DNA of 64,000 nt from Candidatus Multivorans sp. GTDB taxonomy: Bacteria; Acidobacteriota; Thermoanaerobaculia; Multivoradales; Multivoraceae. Shown one piece after another: positions 28,713-43,605 of this stretch. The DNA is taken from assembly GCA_965247095.1 (NCBI GenBank), contig OZ251997.1, positions 2,016,001 through 2,080,000 of the forward strand, given 5' to 3'. The position numbers and the translations under genes are program-made. The first letter of the stretch is position 1. Each line of letters begins with the position of its first letter. The notes below the pieces were generated by a model. It ran no database searches. It was not told where the DNA came from and saw only the letters and a list, made by a program, of their open reading frames with translations.

Positions 28713-28757
28713 CAGGGGTTCCCCACACAGGGGTTCCCCACACAGGGGTTCCCCACA
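28713..28757. repeat. 3 x 15-bp perfect tandem repeat CAGGGGTTCCCCACA
   Basis: Units 28713-27, 28728-42, 28743-57, immediately before the AAGGAG RBS of 28774. Confidence 0.9.
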
Positions 28758-28773
28758 CGGAAGGAGCCCCTAC

Positions 28774-29070
28774 ATGAACCACTCAAGTAGCCGAACGAGG
28801 ATTACCCGCTCGTTCCAGGTCATTCTATTCGCCATCGTCGCGTTCGCCTTGCTAAGCGCTGAGGTCTGCCTTCCAGGGGGGTGCGGGACTACCACGATCG
28901 TCGACATGGAGGACGGAGCACTCGTGGGGAAGATCTGGTGCAACGGCGTAGAGCCCAACGGGGACAGGACCAACTTCTTTGACATGTGCGAGGGTGTCAC
29001 TCACCAGTCAGGTCTCCGCATTGAATGCGGTAGCGACGTGGTTGACTGCCCTGGCAGCCCTTGCAACTAG
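28774..29070 (+). CDS. small Cys-rich secreted/membrane-anchored protein
   Basis: AAGGAG RBS, hydrophobic N-terminal segment, 7 Cys in the ~68-aa mature part; stop abuts next ATG. Confidence 0.65.
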   Translation: MNHSSSRTRITRSFQVILFAIVAFALLSAEVCLPGGCGTTTIVDMEDGALVGKIWCNGVEPNGDRTNFFDMCEGVTHQSGLRIECGSDVVDCPGSPCN

Positions 29071-32000
29071 ATGCCCTCGGGCTCTGTCCCCCTGTCACCA
29101 CGCTGCCCGCGTGGACAGCTTCATCGGTGGCTTTCTCGCCTATGCTTCCTTCTGTTGGCGCCAACCGCATTCGCTGCGGAGTTGAGTCTTCGAGTAGAGG
29201 ACGGTGGGGCACCTGGGGCCACGGTTAGCGTCTCGCTGATCGAAACCTGTACTTCCTACGCGTGCGGGCGTGCTCTTCTCTCGCAAGAAGCGCCACCGTC
29301 GTCAGCGCTGGCCCCGTCCTTCGAGGATTCCGGCGGCGAAGCCCGTGTTGTTCGAATCTCCACGCCCGAGGACAGAGACGCATGGTGGGTCGTCGTCGAG
29401 GCGGTAGACAGCCTGCCGCTCGCGCTGCTGTGGCGGCCGACGACGACGCACGGCTACTTGCCAGCGGTCCCCCGCATCGCGAAGGCGCCCTGCCGCGTCG
29501 TGGTAATGGACGAGCATGGCGCCGCCATTCCGGGAGCACACGTGGTCCCGGTCGTCCGGGAGCTTCCTTCCGCGCTCAAGACGACACGTAAGGACCGCCC
29601 AGCGGTGTTCCCAGGGTGGCGGCCGTGGCTATCACCGAGCCGCACCGATGGCACGGGCCGGGCCATGCTCGAGGTTCCCGCTGGAGGCGCCGTCGATCTC
29701 CACGTCGCGGCGGCGGGGTATCGAAGCGGCGCGGCGCGATGCCGCCCGAACGCGGTCATTCCATTTTCCCTTGATCCCACATTGATGAAGGCCTTGCGCC
29801 TCGAGGATCTGAAGGGACGCATCCTGCCGGGCGCACTGGCGCGCGACGGTCTCGGCCTACCCGTCGCCCTTGGCGACGCCCAGGGGACGATCGAACTCGA
29901 TCTTGCAACCGTCGAGGCTGCGGCTCGCGGTGCCGGGCGGTTCTGGTTCGAGACCGCGACTGGCGCGGTCTACGAACCGGCTGAGCTCCGGGCTTCGGAT
30001 GGCGCGGCCGTTCTCATTGTCTCTGAACGGTCCAGCCTGCGGTCGGGCACGGTCAGCCTCCAAGCCGTCGAAACCGTAGCCGGCACGGAAACCGCCCAAG
30101 CGTGGACGTGGCGCGAACCGAACTGGCCGTGGCCCGCTGTCGAGCCCCGCGCCGCGACGCCGCTGGTCGAGATCGAGGGTGGTGCCTACGCCGTCGTCGC
30201 CCTGCCAGGCGAGCGTCTATGGTTCGTGGCACCGGAGGCTGCCCATGCCGTCTGCGAAGACCCGGATCGTAGCGCTCGCCGAGCAGATTCGCGTAACGAA
30301 GGCGCCTGCCCAACGCTAGAACCGGCGCCACGAATCGAAGGCGTCGTGCTGGACGAAGACGGTACGCCAATCCCGGACGCGGAAATCCGAATCGACTGGA
30401 CTGCCGGGCGGGCGGGCCCCACCATGGTGCGGGACAGCGGGGCCCGGGGACGGTTGGCAACTGCTCTGATGCGATCCGACCCGAATGGGCGATTCGCCGG
30501 CCGTCATGTGCCGCTCGATGTGAGTACTTCCAGGCCTGGCAACTCGTCCTCGCAACGTCGGGTTCGGGTGGACCGACCACCGTATCTGCCGATCGACAAC
30601 CGAGGCCTCTGGGAGTTCGCCACAGACCGAGGCGGCTACGAGATCACACTCGTGCGGGGAGCACGGATCGTGGGACGTGTCGTTGACGCCTTGACTTCCG
30701 AGCCCGTTGCCGACGCGGACGTCGCAGTCGGCCAGTTCGCGGGCCGCGGCAGCCGTTCGGTGGTGCTCGGTCCTCTCAACGTTACAACAGGACGATACGG
30801 GAACCGCGTGAGGACGGCACGGACCGACTCCGGCGGCGCATTCGAGCTAACGACGTGGCCAGGGCTCCAGGATCTTCTCGTGCGAGCCCCCGGACGGGCG
30901 CTCTTCATGCAGCCTGGTCTTTCGGTGCTACCCGTAGGCCAGGATCTGGGCGATATCCGGCTTGATCGAGAGCTTCAGATCCGGGGCATCGTCCTGGACC
31001 GGGACGGCATTCCCGTGCCGAACGCAACAGTCTGGGCCGCCGGTTCGAACACTTCTGACGCTCTTTCCAGGCCTTCGACCGAGGCCGGCCCACGGTCCGG
31101 CATCGCTGCCCAATTCGATACGGATCGGCACGGCCGCTTCTTCGTGCCCGGTCTGCCGCGGAGATCCACTGTTGATCTTGAGATCTCGGCACCCGGGTTC
31201 GCCACCCAGCACCGGTTGGAAGTGTCTCCGACGGAGTCAGCGGCCATCGAGATCATGCTCGAACCCGAAGCCGTGATCGCAGGCCGCGTTACGTTGCATG
31301 GCCAGGGCATAGCGACCCAGGTCAGTGTCTTTGACGAAGCAGGTAGCAACACTTCCTGGTCGACTGACGAAGGCGGTCGGTTCCGCACCTCCGGTTTGGC
31401 TCAGGGGGAATACAACCTCGTGGCGTACCCTCCCGGCGCCGGGACGTTCGTAGTGGTCGACGATTCCAAGGGGCCGCCGGTCGAGAATCGGTACACGTTG
31501 CTTTCGGACGGGCCCGGGGAAGAAACACGGCTCTCTGTTCGGGCGGACTCTGGCGAGACGGTCGGGGTGGAGATAGAACTGGGGCTCGGCGAGCGGCGGT
31601 TGTTCGGGCGGGTTTCGGAACGGGGCGCCGGGCTTCCCGGTGTTGCGATTCGCGTTGAACGCCGCAGCGCTACGGTGACCGACGGGGACGGTCGTTACTC
31701 GATCGAGGGCTTGCCTTCCGGCTTGGCTTGGGTCACGGCTGATCGGGGCAGCGGTGGCGGCTCCGGTGGAGATATAGACATCCTGCGGCAGACAGTCGCT
31801 ATCGATTCGGAGTCGAAGCGTCTCGACTTCGACTTCAGCGTTTTCGAGGTTGCTGGTCAGGCCGTCCTGGGTAACGGATCGCCTGCCGCAGGGATCGAGA
31901 TTTCTTTTGCTCGGATTGACGGACGTTCGCCCTACGGTCAAGGGACTACTGCGCGCGGGGACGGGTCGTTCGACCTGGAACTGGCGGCAGGCGACTACCA

Positions 32001-32871
32001 CGTCAGGGCACAAGTCACGCGCAATCGGGCCTCTCGAAACGACCTCCAGAGCCAATGGCTTGAGGCCCGGGACATCGTTCGGGTGACCGGGCACACTTCC
32101 GATCTGTTGGTGCGCTTCCGCCACAGCCTGCGCCTGAGTGGCAAGGTCCGCGGCCTGTCCGAGGGGGAGCTGGAACGGCTCCGACTGGAAGCCGTTGGGC
32201 CCGACCTGACCCGGCACGATGCGGAGACGATCCGCGGCTACCCAGACCAGTTCTTCTTCCGCGGCTTGGACTCGGGTCAATGGACGGTTATCGCCCGAGT
32301 CGGAAACTCGAACCGGCGCGCGGAGCAGCAGATCACACTGGAAGAACGCGACGCACGAATCGACCTCGCCTTCGAACCCCTGCCCACGCTGAGTGGCGCG
32401 GTGACTCTCGACGGCCAGCCACTCCAGGGGGCCCACGTTCTGCTGATCCAAGGCCAGAATTGGACAAGCGCCCGCCGATTCTGGACCCGGCATGACGGAA
32501 CGTTCCACTTCCCCGACCTGGAATCCGGCAGCTACACCGTCGCCGTCGGCGCAGAGACGCGCATTGTCTCGGTGCACGGCGACTCCCAACGGTTCATTGA
32601 TCTAAGCTCTGGAGGAATCGAGGGTGCCGCCCATGACCCCGTTTCCAGCGCTCCGCTCGCCGGGGCGACGGTGCGCCTCTGGCCAGCCTGGTCGGAACGG
32701 CAGGATGCGGAACGGTTCGGCATCGCCCGTACGACGTTTGTAGACCGCCAGGGCCAGTTCGCATTTGATCGTCTGCCCGAGGGCGCATGGAACCTGGAGG
32801 TCGAGGGCGTCGGTGGCGCACGGCACATCAGTGTTGGTCCCAACGCCGTGATCCAGATCACCGTACCCTGA
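29071..32871 (+). CDS. large secreted protein with multiple carboxypeptidase-regulatory-like (transthyretin/Ig-like) repeats
   Basis: Signal peptide; repeated G.V.D..G.P...A.V / TD..G.F...GL..G.Y.V modules; atypical codon usage. Confidence 0.8.
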   Translation: MPSGSVPLSPRCPRGQLHRWLSRLCFLLLAPTAFAAELSLRVEDGGAPGATVSVSLIETCTSYACGRALLSQEAPPSSALAPSFEDSGGEARVVRISTPEDRDAWWVVVEAVDSLPLALLWRPTTTHGYLPAVPRIAKAPCRVVVMDEHGAAIPGAHVVPVVRELPSALKTTRKDRPAVFPGWRPWLSPSRTDGTGRAMLEVPAGGAVDLHVAAAGYRSGAARCRPNAVIPFSLDPTLMKALRLEDLKGRILPGALARDGLGLPVALGDAQGTIELDLATVEAAARGAGRFWFETATGAVYEPAELRASDGAAVLIVSERSSLRSGTVSLQAVETVAGTETAQAWTWREPNWPWPAVEPRAATPLVEIEGGAYAVVALPGERLWFVAPEAAHAVCEDPDRSARRADSRNEGACPTLEPAPRIEGVVLDEDGTPIPDAEIRIDWTAGRAGPTMVRDSGARGRLATALMRSDPNGRFAGRHVPLDVSTSRPGNSSSQRRVRVDRPPYLPIDNRGLWEFATDRGGYEITLVRGARIVGRVVDALTSEPVADADVAVGQFAGRGSRSVVLGPLNVTTGRYGNRVRTARTDSGGAFELTTWPGLQDLLVRAPGRALFMQPGLSVLPVGQDLGDIRLDRELQIRGIVLDRDGIPVPNATVWAAGSNTSDALSRPSTEAGPRSGIAAQFDTDRHGRFFVPGLPRRSTVDLEISAPGFATQHRLEVSPTESAAIEIMLEPEAVIAGRVTLHGQGIATQVSVFDEAGSNTSWSTDEGGRFRTSGLAQGEYNLVAYPPGAGTFVVVDDSKGPPVENRYTLLSDGPGEETRLSVRADSGETVGVEIELGLGERRLFGRVSERGAGLPGVAIRVERRSATVTDGDGRYSIEGLPSGLAWVTADRGSGGGSGGDIDILRQTVAIDSESKRLDFDFSVFEVAGQAVLGNGSPAAGIEISFARIDGRSPYGQGTTARGDGSFDLELAAGDYHVRAQVTRNRASRNDLQSQWLEARDIVRVTGHTSDLLVRFRHSLRLSGKVRGLSEGELERLRLEAVGPDLTRHDAETIRGYPDQFFFRGLDSGQWTVIARVGNSNRRAEQQITLEERDARIDLAFEPLPTLSGAVTLDGQPLQGAHVLLIQGQNWTSARRFWTRHDGTFHFPDLESGSYTVAVGAETRIVSVHGDSQRFIDLSSGGIEGAAHDPVSSAPLAGATVRLWPAWSERQDAERFGIARTTFVDRQGQFAFDRLPEGAWNLEVEGVGGARHISVGPNAVIQITVP

Positions 32872-32899
32872 GATAAGGCCGGTACGCCGCTGAACGGGC

Positions 32900-32925
32900 G
32901 CGGGCGAGACGACCGCCCTCCCAGG
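32900..32925 (-). repeat. degenerate family-A REP-like unit
   Basis: GCGGGCGAGACGACCGCCCTCCCAGG vs consensus GCGGGCGAGACGCCCGCGTTCCCAGG. Confidence 0.7.
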
Positions 32926-32963
32926 GTGTGGACGAGCTTCCCGCCGGCAGCGCACTGCCCCCT

Positions 32964-33019
32964 AGCATCAATTTCTCTAATGCTCCGCGGTTGCCCATGA
33001 GATGCATCTAATGTAAGAT
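32964..33019 (+). promoter_or_regulatory. promoter with two LysR T-N11-A boxes
   Basis: AGCAT-N11-ATGCT (32964-84); second T-N11-A at 32998-33010 inside TTGCCC-17-TAAGAT. Confidence 0.65.
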
Positions 33020-33030
33020 CCGCCCTTACG

Positions 33031-33951
33031 ATGCAAGGGCTCCGGATCTTCTGCGATGTCGCCGATCTGCGCAGCTTCAGCCGTGCGGCCGAGCTTCACG
33101 GCATCACCCAGTCGGCGGTCAGTCAGCGCATCCATCATCTCGAAGAACGGCTCGGCACGAAGCTGCTCGATCGCTCGAAGCGCCCGTTCGTGCTCACGCC
33201 GGCCGGCGATCTCGTGTCCCGCGAAGGGCGCGAGCTGGTGGCCCGCTACGACTCGCTGGCCCGTAGCGTCGCGCGACTCGACCCCGAGCGGGGCGGGTCC
33301 GTCCGCGTCCACGCGATCTACTCCGCGGAGATCGCGCTGCTGAACCAGTTGCGGACCGAGTTCCAGCGCCGGCGGCCCGAGCTGGAGGTCCAGATCGAGT
33401 ACGAGCCGCCCGCCGCGGTCGCCGAATCCGCACGGACCGGCCGCTGCGACTTCGGCATCGTCTCCTACCCGGAGCAGTGGCCGGGCCTGCAGTCGCGGCC
33501 GCTGCGCGAGGAGCCGATGTGCCTTGCCTGCGGGGTGCATCACGAACTGGCGAGCGAAGAACGGGTCCGGGCAGCCGACCTCGACAGCCGGGAGTTGATC
33601 CACTTCACGCACGAACTCCCCGCGGCACGTCACATCCGGAGCTACCTGGTCGAGAACGGGGCCGACGCGGTGTTCGCCCAGCGCCTCGACAACATCGACA
33701 CGTTCAAGAGCATGCTCCAGGCGACCGAATACGCGGCGATCCTGCCGCTGCGGACGTTTCTCGCCGAGGTCCGGGCCGGGCTGCTCGCCGCCGTGCCGCT
33801 CGAACCGTCGCTCGAGCGGCCGATGGGCATCGTCTACGCCCGCCGCCGGCTGCGCCCGGCCGCACAGGATTTTGCCGCGTTCCTGGTCGAGAACGCCGGA
33901 CCGCTGACCGCCGACAACGAGCAGCGTGCGCAGGACGGTGAAGCCGCATGA
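33031..33951 (+). CDS. LysR family transcriptional regulator
   Basis: SFSRAAELHGITQSAVSQRIHHLEERLGTKLLDR HTH. Confidence 0.95.
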   Translation: MQGLRIFCDVADLRSFSRAAELHGITQSAVSQRIHHLEERLGTKLLDRSKRPFVLTPAGDLVSREGRELVARYDSLARSVARLDPERGGSVRVHAIYSAEIALLNQLRTEFQRRRPELEVQIEYEPPAAVAESARTGRCDFGIVSYPEQWPGLQSRPLREEPMCLACGVHHELASEERVRAADLDSRELIHFTHELPAARHIRSYLVENGADAVFAQRLDNIDTFKSMLQATEYAAILPLRTFLAEVRAGLLAAVPLEPSLERPMGIVYARRRLRPAAQDFAAFLVENAGPLTADNEQRAQDGEAA

Positions 33952-34039
33952 TGCTCCGTCCCGGTTCAGAGGTGGGCGCCGGCCTCCTGGCCGGCCGTGT
34001 GCCCCGAACGTCGCATCGACAGGGGCCGGTGGAGGCAAG

Positions 34040-38623
<4,584 letters not shown>

Positions 38624-38690
38624 GGACGCCGGCGGCGGTACGATTCGCACCATCAAGAGCCACGCGCAGCCGAACCATGCAGACTCCGAT

Positions 38691-38735
38691 CCTGGGAACG
38701 CGGGCATCTTGCCCGCATTCGGCGCACAGCGCCGG
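38691..38735 (+). repeat. family-A REP-like element between gltB and gltD
   Basis: CCTGGGAACGCGGGCATCTTGCCCGCATTCGGCGCACAGCGCCGG. Confidence 0.85.
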
Positions 38736-38767
38736 CCTGTTCGGCGCGTAGGAGGGCACGCGGGGTC

Positions 38768-40282
38768 ATGGGCAAGGACACCGGCTTCAAGGAGTACGCG
38801 CGCGCGGCGGTTCCCTATCAGGACCCGCTGATCCGGATCACGCACTACGGCGAGTTCCTGCAGCCGGTGCCCGAGGAGCATCTCGCCACGCAGGGCGCTC
38901 GCTGCATGGACTGCGGCGTGCCCTTCTGCCAGTCCGACGAGGGCTGTCCGATCGACAACCTGATCCCCGAGTGGAACGACCTCGTCTACCAGGGCCGCTG
39001 GCGCGAGGCGCTAAGGAGGCTGGAGCGGACGAACAACTTCCCCGAGTTCACCGGACGCGTCTGCCCCGCGCCCTGCGAGGGCGCCTGCGTGCTGGGGATC
39101 ACCGATCCCGCGGTAACGATCAAGAACATCGAGAACGCGATCGTCGACCGGGGATTCGAGGAGGGCTGGGTCGTCCCCAGGTTGCCAACGACACGGACCG
39201 GCAAGAAGGTGGCCGTCATCGGCTCCGGGCCGGCGGGCCTCGCCGCCGCCGCCCAGTTGAACAGCGTCGGCCACGGCGTCGTCGTGTTCGAGCGGGAGGA
39301 CCGGATCGGCGGCCTGCTGATGTACGGCATCCCGAACATGAAACTGGACAAGCGCGAGGTCGTCGACCGCCGGATCGACCTGATGCGGGCCGAGGGCATC
39401 GAGTTCGTGACCGGGGCGCACGTCGGCCGGAATGTCGATATCGACGACCTGCGGCGGGACTACGACGCGATTCTGCTCGCCTGCGGCGCCACCCGGCCGC
39501 GCGACCTCGAGATACCGGGGCGCGAGCTCACCGGCGTCCAATTCGCGATGGAGTTCCTGACCGAACACACGCGGGCGCTGCTGGACGCCGACCTGCCCAG
39601 CGACGCCACACCAAGGGACGACACGGGGGTCATCACGCCCCCGATCGATGCCTCCGGCAAGAACGTGATCGTGATCGGCGGCGGCGACACGGGCGCCGAC
39701 TGCATCGCCACCGCGACGCGCCACGGCTGCGACTCCATGGTCAACTTCGAGGTCCTCGACCGGCCGCCCGAGGCACGCGCGCCGGACAACCCGTGGCCGG
39801 AATGGCCGCGCATCTTCCGCGTCGAGTACGCCCACGCCGAGGCCGCGGCAAGGTTCGGCGCCGACCCGCGCGTGTTCTCCGTCCTCTCGAAGCGCTTCGT
39901 GGACGACGGGGCCGGCAACGTCGCGGGCATCGAGACCGTGCGCATCGCCTGGCGAAGGGACTCTGACGGCCGTTTCACGATGGAGGAGCTGCCGGGCACC
40001 GAGGAGACCTTCGAGGCCGACCTGGTGCTGCTGGCCATGGGTTTCCTCGGGCCCGAGGCCACGCTCGGCGAGCAGTTGGGGCTTGAGACCGACCCCCGCA
40101 GCAACTTCGCCGCCGCGCCCGGGGACTACGCAACTTCCGCCCCCGGCGTGTTCGCAGCCGGCGACTGCCGCCGCGGCCAGAGCCTGATCGTGTGGGCGAT
40201 CAACGAGGGGCGCGGCGCCGCCGCCCGGATCGACGAGTACCTCACCGGGGGTACCGACCTGCCCTTCCCGTCGGCGCTTTGA
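38768..40282 (+). CDS. gltD: glutamate synthase small subunit
   Basis: [50 protein letters not shown]. Confidence 0.97.
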   Translation: MGKDTGFKEYARAAVPYQDPLIRITHYGEFLQPVPEEHLATQGARCMDCGVPFCQSDEGCPIDNLIPEWNDLVYQGRWREALRRLERTNNFPEFTGRVCPAPCEGACVLGITDPAVTIKNIENAIVDRGFEEGWVVPRLPTTRTGKKVAVIGSGPAGLAAAAQLNSVGHGVVVFEREDRIGGLLMYGIPNMKLDKREVVDRRIDLMRAEGIEFVTGAHVGRNVDIDDLRRDYDAILLACGATRPRDLEIPGRELTGVQFAMEFLTEHTRALLDADLPSDATPRDDTGVITPPIDASGKNVIVIGGGDTGADCIATATRHGCDSMVNFEVLDRPPEARAPDNPWPEWPRIFRVEYAHAEAAARFGADPRVFSVLSKRFVDDGAGNVAGIETVRIAWRRDSDGRFTMEELPGTEETFEADLVLLAMGFLGPEATLGEQLGLETDPRSNFAAAPGDYATSAPGVFAAGDCRRGQSLIVWAINEGRGAAARIDEYLTGGTDLPFPSAL

Positions 40283-40368
40283 GGATCAGGCCACCCCTGG
40301 GAGAGGGTCGACCCGCCATCACCGGCGCCACTCCGAGATTCAACTGTTTGGACCAGTTTCGCGATTCT

Positions 40369-40397
40369 TTGACGGGCGGCGAAGCGGCCTCTATAGT
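40369..40397 (+). promoter_or_regulatory. sigma70-type promoter
   Basis: TTGACG-17 nt-TATAGT upstream of the TonB receptor gene. Confidence 0.75.
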
Positions 40398-40539
40398 GTT
40401 CCTAGTTCGTGGCCTTGCGCCGACGCGCCCCACCACTCGCCACAACCAACGGACAAGCCTTCGACGCGTGAACCGCACGCCGACGAATTCTCAATTGAGT
40501 TCGGCGGCATTCAACCAGCAACAGAGGAGAACACCTACC

Positions 40540-43455
40540 ATGCAGTGGACCCGGCCCCGGGCACGTCTTCTTGCGATCCTCCTGGCAACGACCTGCGCCT
40601 TCCTCATGGCCGGCGCCGGTGTGGCCCAAACCATCAACGGCACCGTCCAGGGCTACATCTCCGATGTCGCCGGTGACCCGATTCCCGGCGCGACAGTTAC
40701 GGCGACCAACCAGGACACCGGCATCAACCGGGCCGTCATCACCGATGCGAACGGCTTCTACAGCGCCAAGGCGCTGCAGGTCGGCACCTACACCGTGTCC
40801 GCCGAACTCGCCGGCATGCAGACGACCCAGCAGACCGACATCTCGGTCCTGGTCGGCCAGATCAAGGACATCAACCTGACGTTGGCGGTCGAGTCGTCTT
40901 CCGAGGTGATCACGGTCACCTCCGAGGCGCCGATCATCGAGACCAGCCGCTCCGGCGCCGCGAACTACATCGACGAAGTCCAGATCGAGAGCCTGCCGAT
41001 CGTCGGCCGCGACTTCACCGACTTCGCCATCCTGACTCCGGGCGTGCAGCGCGACAGCCAGCGCGGCTTCCTGACCATCTCCGGCCAGCGCGGCATGTAC
41101 AGCGGTCTCTCCGTTGACGGCGCCGACAACAAGAGCACCTTCTTCGGCTACGGCCGTGGCGGCGAGGCGACGGAGAACGACGGGTTGATCGTCGCTCAGG
41201 ACACCGTGCGCCAGTTCCAGGTGGTCACCAACGGCTTCTCGCCCGAGTACGGCCGCCACGGCGGCGCCTTCATCAACGTGGTCACGAAGTCCGGCACCAA
41301 CGAGATGAAGGGTTCAGCCTTCGCCTTCTTCCGCGATGACAGCATGGCCGAGGATCTGCCCTCGTCGCCGCTCGACGACTTCAACGGCCGCGACGGTTCG
41401 CGGTCCGTCGACGAGTTCGACACGCAGAACTACGGCTTCTCGATCGGCGGTCCGTTCAAGCGAGACCGCACCCACTATTTCTTCGGCATCGACCAGCGCG
41501 ACCAGGACATCCCCTTCACCCGGTCGCTGCGCTCGACCGGCGCCAACAGCAGCTACGACCTGATCATGCAGCGGGCCCAGAACGAGCCCGCCTTCGCGGC
41601 CCTGGTCGACGGGTTCACCCGTAACTCGGACGGATCGGCCACCGGCCTGTTCCTGCGCTCGGTCAGCAACCAGATCCTGTTCGGCAAGCTGGACCACCAG
41701 ATCAACGCCTCGAACCTGATCACGCTGCGAGCGAATCTCACCGACTTTGAGCGCGAAAGCAGCTATCTCGACGAGGAGTCGCTGAAGACGGAGGACACCT
41801 TCTCCTTCATCGCGTCGATGACATCGGTGATCGGCAGCCGCGGCGTGAACGAGTTGCGCATCCAGTCGGCCGACGACAACCTGGACCGTCTGTCCCTGCG
41901 CGTCGGAACCCCGATCGAGGCTCAGGTCCGGTTCCGCTTCGCCTCCCGCGACAGCGTCGGCAAGTTCGACTTCCTGCCGATCTTCGTCGAGGAGTCGCAG
42001 CTTCAGATCAAGGACGATTTCTCGTACCTGTTCGGCGCCCACGACATGAAGTTCGGCGTCGACTACTCGAAGGATGATCTGGCGCAGCTCTTCGCGGGCA
42101 GCCGCGATGGCCGCTACGACTTCCGGTCGGCTGAGGATTTCCTGAACAACGAGGCGAGCAACGCGCGGATCTGGTTCGGCGATTCGACCTATCCGAACTA
42201 CGACGAGACCCAGGCTGCGCTCGCGTTCTACGGCCAGGACAGCCTGAAGCGGGACAACCTGACCCTCAACTACGGTCTCCGCTACACCTCGACCGACAAC
42301 CCCGACGGCCTGGACCACATCGAGGAGGACGGTCGCCAAATCCCGGATACGGCAAACCTGGCGCCCCGCTTCGGCTTCGCGCTGGCCTCGAACGAGGGCC
42401 AGTCCGTCTTCCGTGGCGGCATCGGCCTCTTCTTCGGCCGTACGCCCACCCTGCTGTTCGCCAACCAGGTGCAGGCCAACGGCGTGCCGCCGAACTATGG
42501 CCGGATCAACGTCCGTTCGGGCCAGAACGGCTACGTGCCGCTCGGCACGCCGATCGACAACGAGAACCCGCCGCCGGGAATCACTCCCGCGATCTCCTAC
42601 GTCGATCCCGCGTTTGACGATGCGAAGACACTTCGCGCGAGCGTCGGCTGGGAGCGTGAACTCGCCGGTGGCTGGAGCACGGGAGTCGATGTGGTGTACG
42701 CCGAGGCGACGGGCCTGCAGCGGAACACGGACTGGAACCGCCAGTTCGGCGGCTACGACGAGTACGGCCGCCCCTCCTGGGACGGCCGCGTGCGCGACGA
42801 TGTCGCCGAGATCCTCGTCCGGCAGTCCCGCGGCGAGTCCGAGTACCAGGCGGTGACCCTGAAGGTGAACCGCCGTTTCACGGGCCGCTACCAGTTCAAC
42901 GCCCACTACACCTGGGGCAAGGATCGCGACACCGACTCGAACGAACGTTCGGCGACCGGCGTCACGATCTCCGACCTGAGCAACCTGGACTACGACTGGG
43001 GTCTCTCGAGCCGTGACGTGAAGCACCGCCTGGTAGCCACCGGCATGATCCAACTGCCCGCCGACTTCCAGATTTCGGGCATTGTGAACTACCAGTCGGG
43101 CAACCCCTACACGGCGATCGACAACGGCCTCGACTTCCCGTATTGCGGCAGCGTTGGCTTCAATTGCCCCGACCAGTACGCGGTGATCGACGGCAACCTC
43201 GTGGGCAGGAACTCGTTCCGCAACGAGTCGATCCAGACCGTGGATGTCCGAGTCGGCAAGTTCTTCCGCTTCGGCGACGGCTTGCGGTTGGACGTGTTCG
43301 TCGAGGCGTTCAACCTCTTCGACCAGCACAGCTTCGCGGTCTGCACCGGTCAGCGCGATGTGCGGGGCGGCGTGGTTCGCGATGACTTCGGGATTCCCTG
43401 CGGTCGGGTGACGTCGTGGCGTCAGTTGCAGCTTGGCGCCCGGTTCAGCTTCTAG
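40540..43455 (+). CDS. Oar-like TonB-dependent receptor with N-terminal carboxypeptidase-regulatory-like domain
   Basis: GAGGAG RBS, signal peptide, LP..GRDF.DF..LTPGV, EYGR..G..INVVTKSGTN, APRFGFA, C-terminal QLGARFSF. Confidence 0.93.
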   Translation: MQWTRPRARLLAILLATTCAFLMAGAGVAQTINGTVQGYISDVAGDPIPGATVTATNQDTGINRAVITDANGFYSAKALQVGTYTVSAELAGMQTTQQTDISVLVGQIKDINLTLAVESSSEVITVTSEAPIIETSRSGAANYIDEVQIESLPIVGRDFTDFAILTPGVQRDSQRGFLTISGQRGMYSGLSVDGADNKSTFFGYGRGGEATENDGLIVAQDTVRQFQVVTNGFSPEYGRHGGAFINVVTKSGTNEMKGSAFAFFRDDSMAEDLPSSPLDDFNGRDGSRSVDEFDTQNYGFSIGGPFKRDRTHYFFGIDQRDQDIPFTRSLRSTGANSSYDLIMQRAQNEPAFAALVDGFTRNSDGSATGLFLRSVSNQILFGKLDHQINASNLITLRANLTDFERESSYLDEESLKTEDTFSFIASMTSVIGSRGVNELRIQSADDNLDRLSLRVGTPIEAQVRFRFASRDSVGKFDFLPIFVEESQLQIKDDFSYLFGAHDMKFGVDYSKDDLAQLFAGSRDGRYDFRSAEDFLNNEASNARIWFGDSTYPNYDETQAALAFYGQDSLKRDNLTLNYGLRYTSTDNPDGLDHIEEDGRQIPDTANLAPRFGFALASNEGQSVFRGGIGLFFGRTPTLLFANQVQANGVPPNYGRINVRSGQNGYVPLGTPIDNENPPPGITPAISYVDPAFDDAKTLRASVGWERELAGGWSTGVDVVYAEATGLQRNTDWNRQFGGYDEYGRPSWDGRVRDDVAEILVRQSRGESEYQAVTLKVNRRFTGRYQFNAHYTWGKDRDTDSNERSATGVTISDLSNLDYDWGLSSRDVKHRLVATGMIQLPADFQISGIVNYQSGNPYTAIDNGLDFPYCGSVGFNCPDQYAVIDGNLVGRNSFRNESIQTVDVRVGKFFRFGDGLRLDVFVEAFNLFDQHSFAVCTGQRDVRGGVVRDDFGIPCGRVTSWRQLQLGARFSF

Positions 43456-43505
43456 CAGGCTGAAACCAGGAGGCTGCGGCGCCTGACGCCGCGGCAACAA
43501 GACGC

Positions 43506-43542
43506 AAGGGCCTCTCCGGCAACGGGGAGGCCCTTTCTTCTT
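43506..43542 (+). terminator. rho-independent terminator
   Basis: AAGGGCCTCTCCG-gcaa-CGGGGAGGCCCTT followed by TCTTCTT. Confidence 0.8.
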
Positions 43543-43605
43543 GTGGGGCGGGGTCGTCTCGCGCGGCCGTCTGCGCGTCCGCAGCGCAGGCTCGAAGCCG
43601 GATGA

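Noticed and set aside
40400-40539. Riboswitch in the TonB receptor leader
   Set aside because: Only a modest hairpin (GCCGA..CTCAATTGAG..TCGGC); no cobalamin, TPP or other conserved motifs recognised
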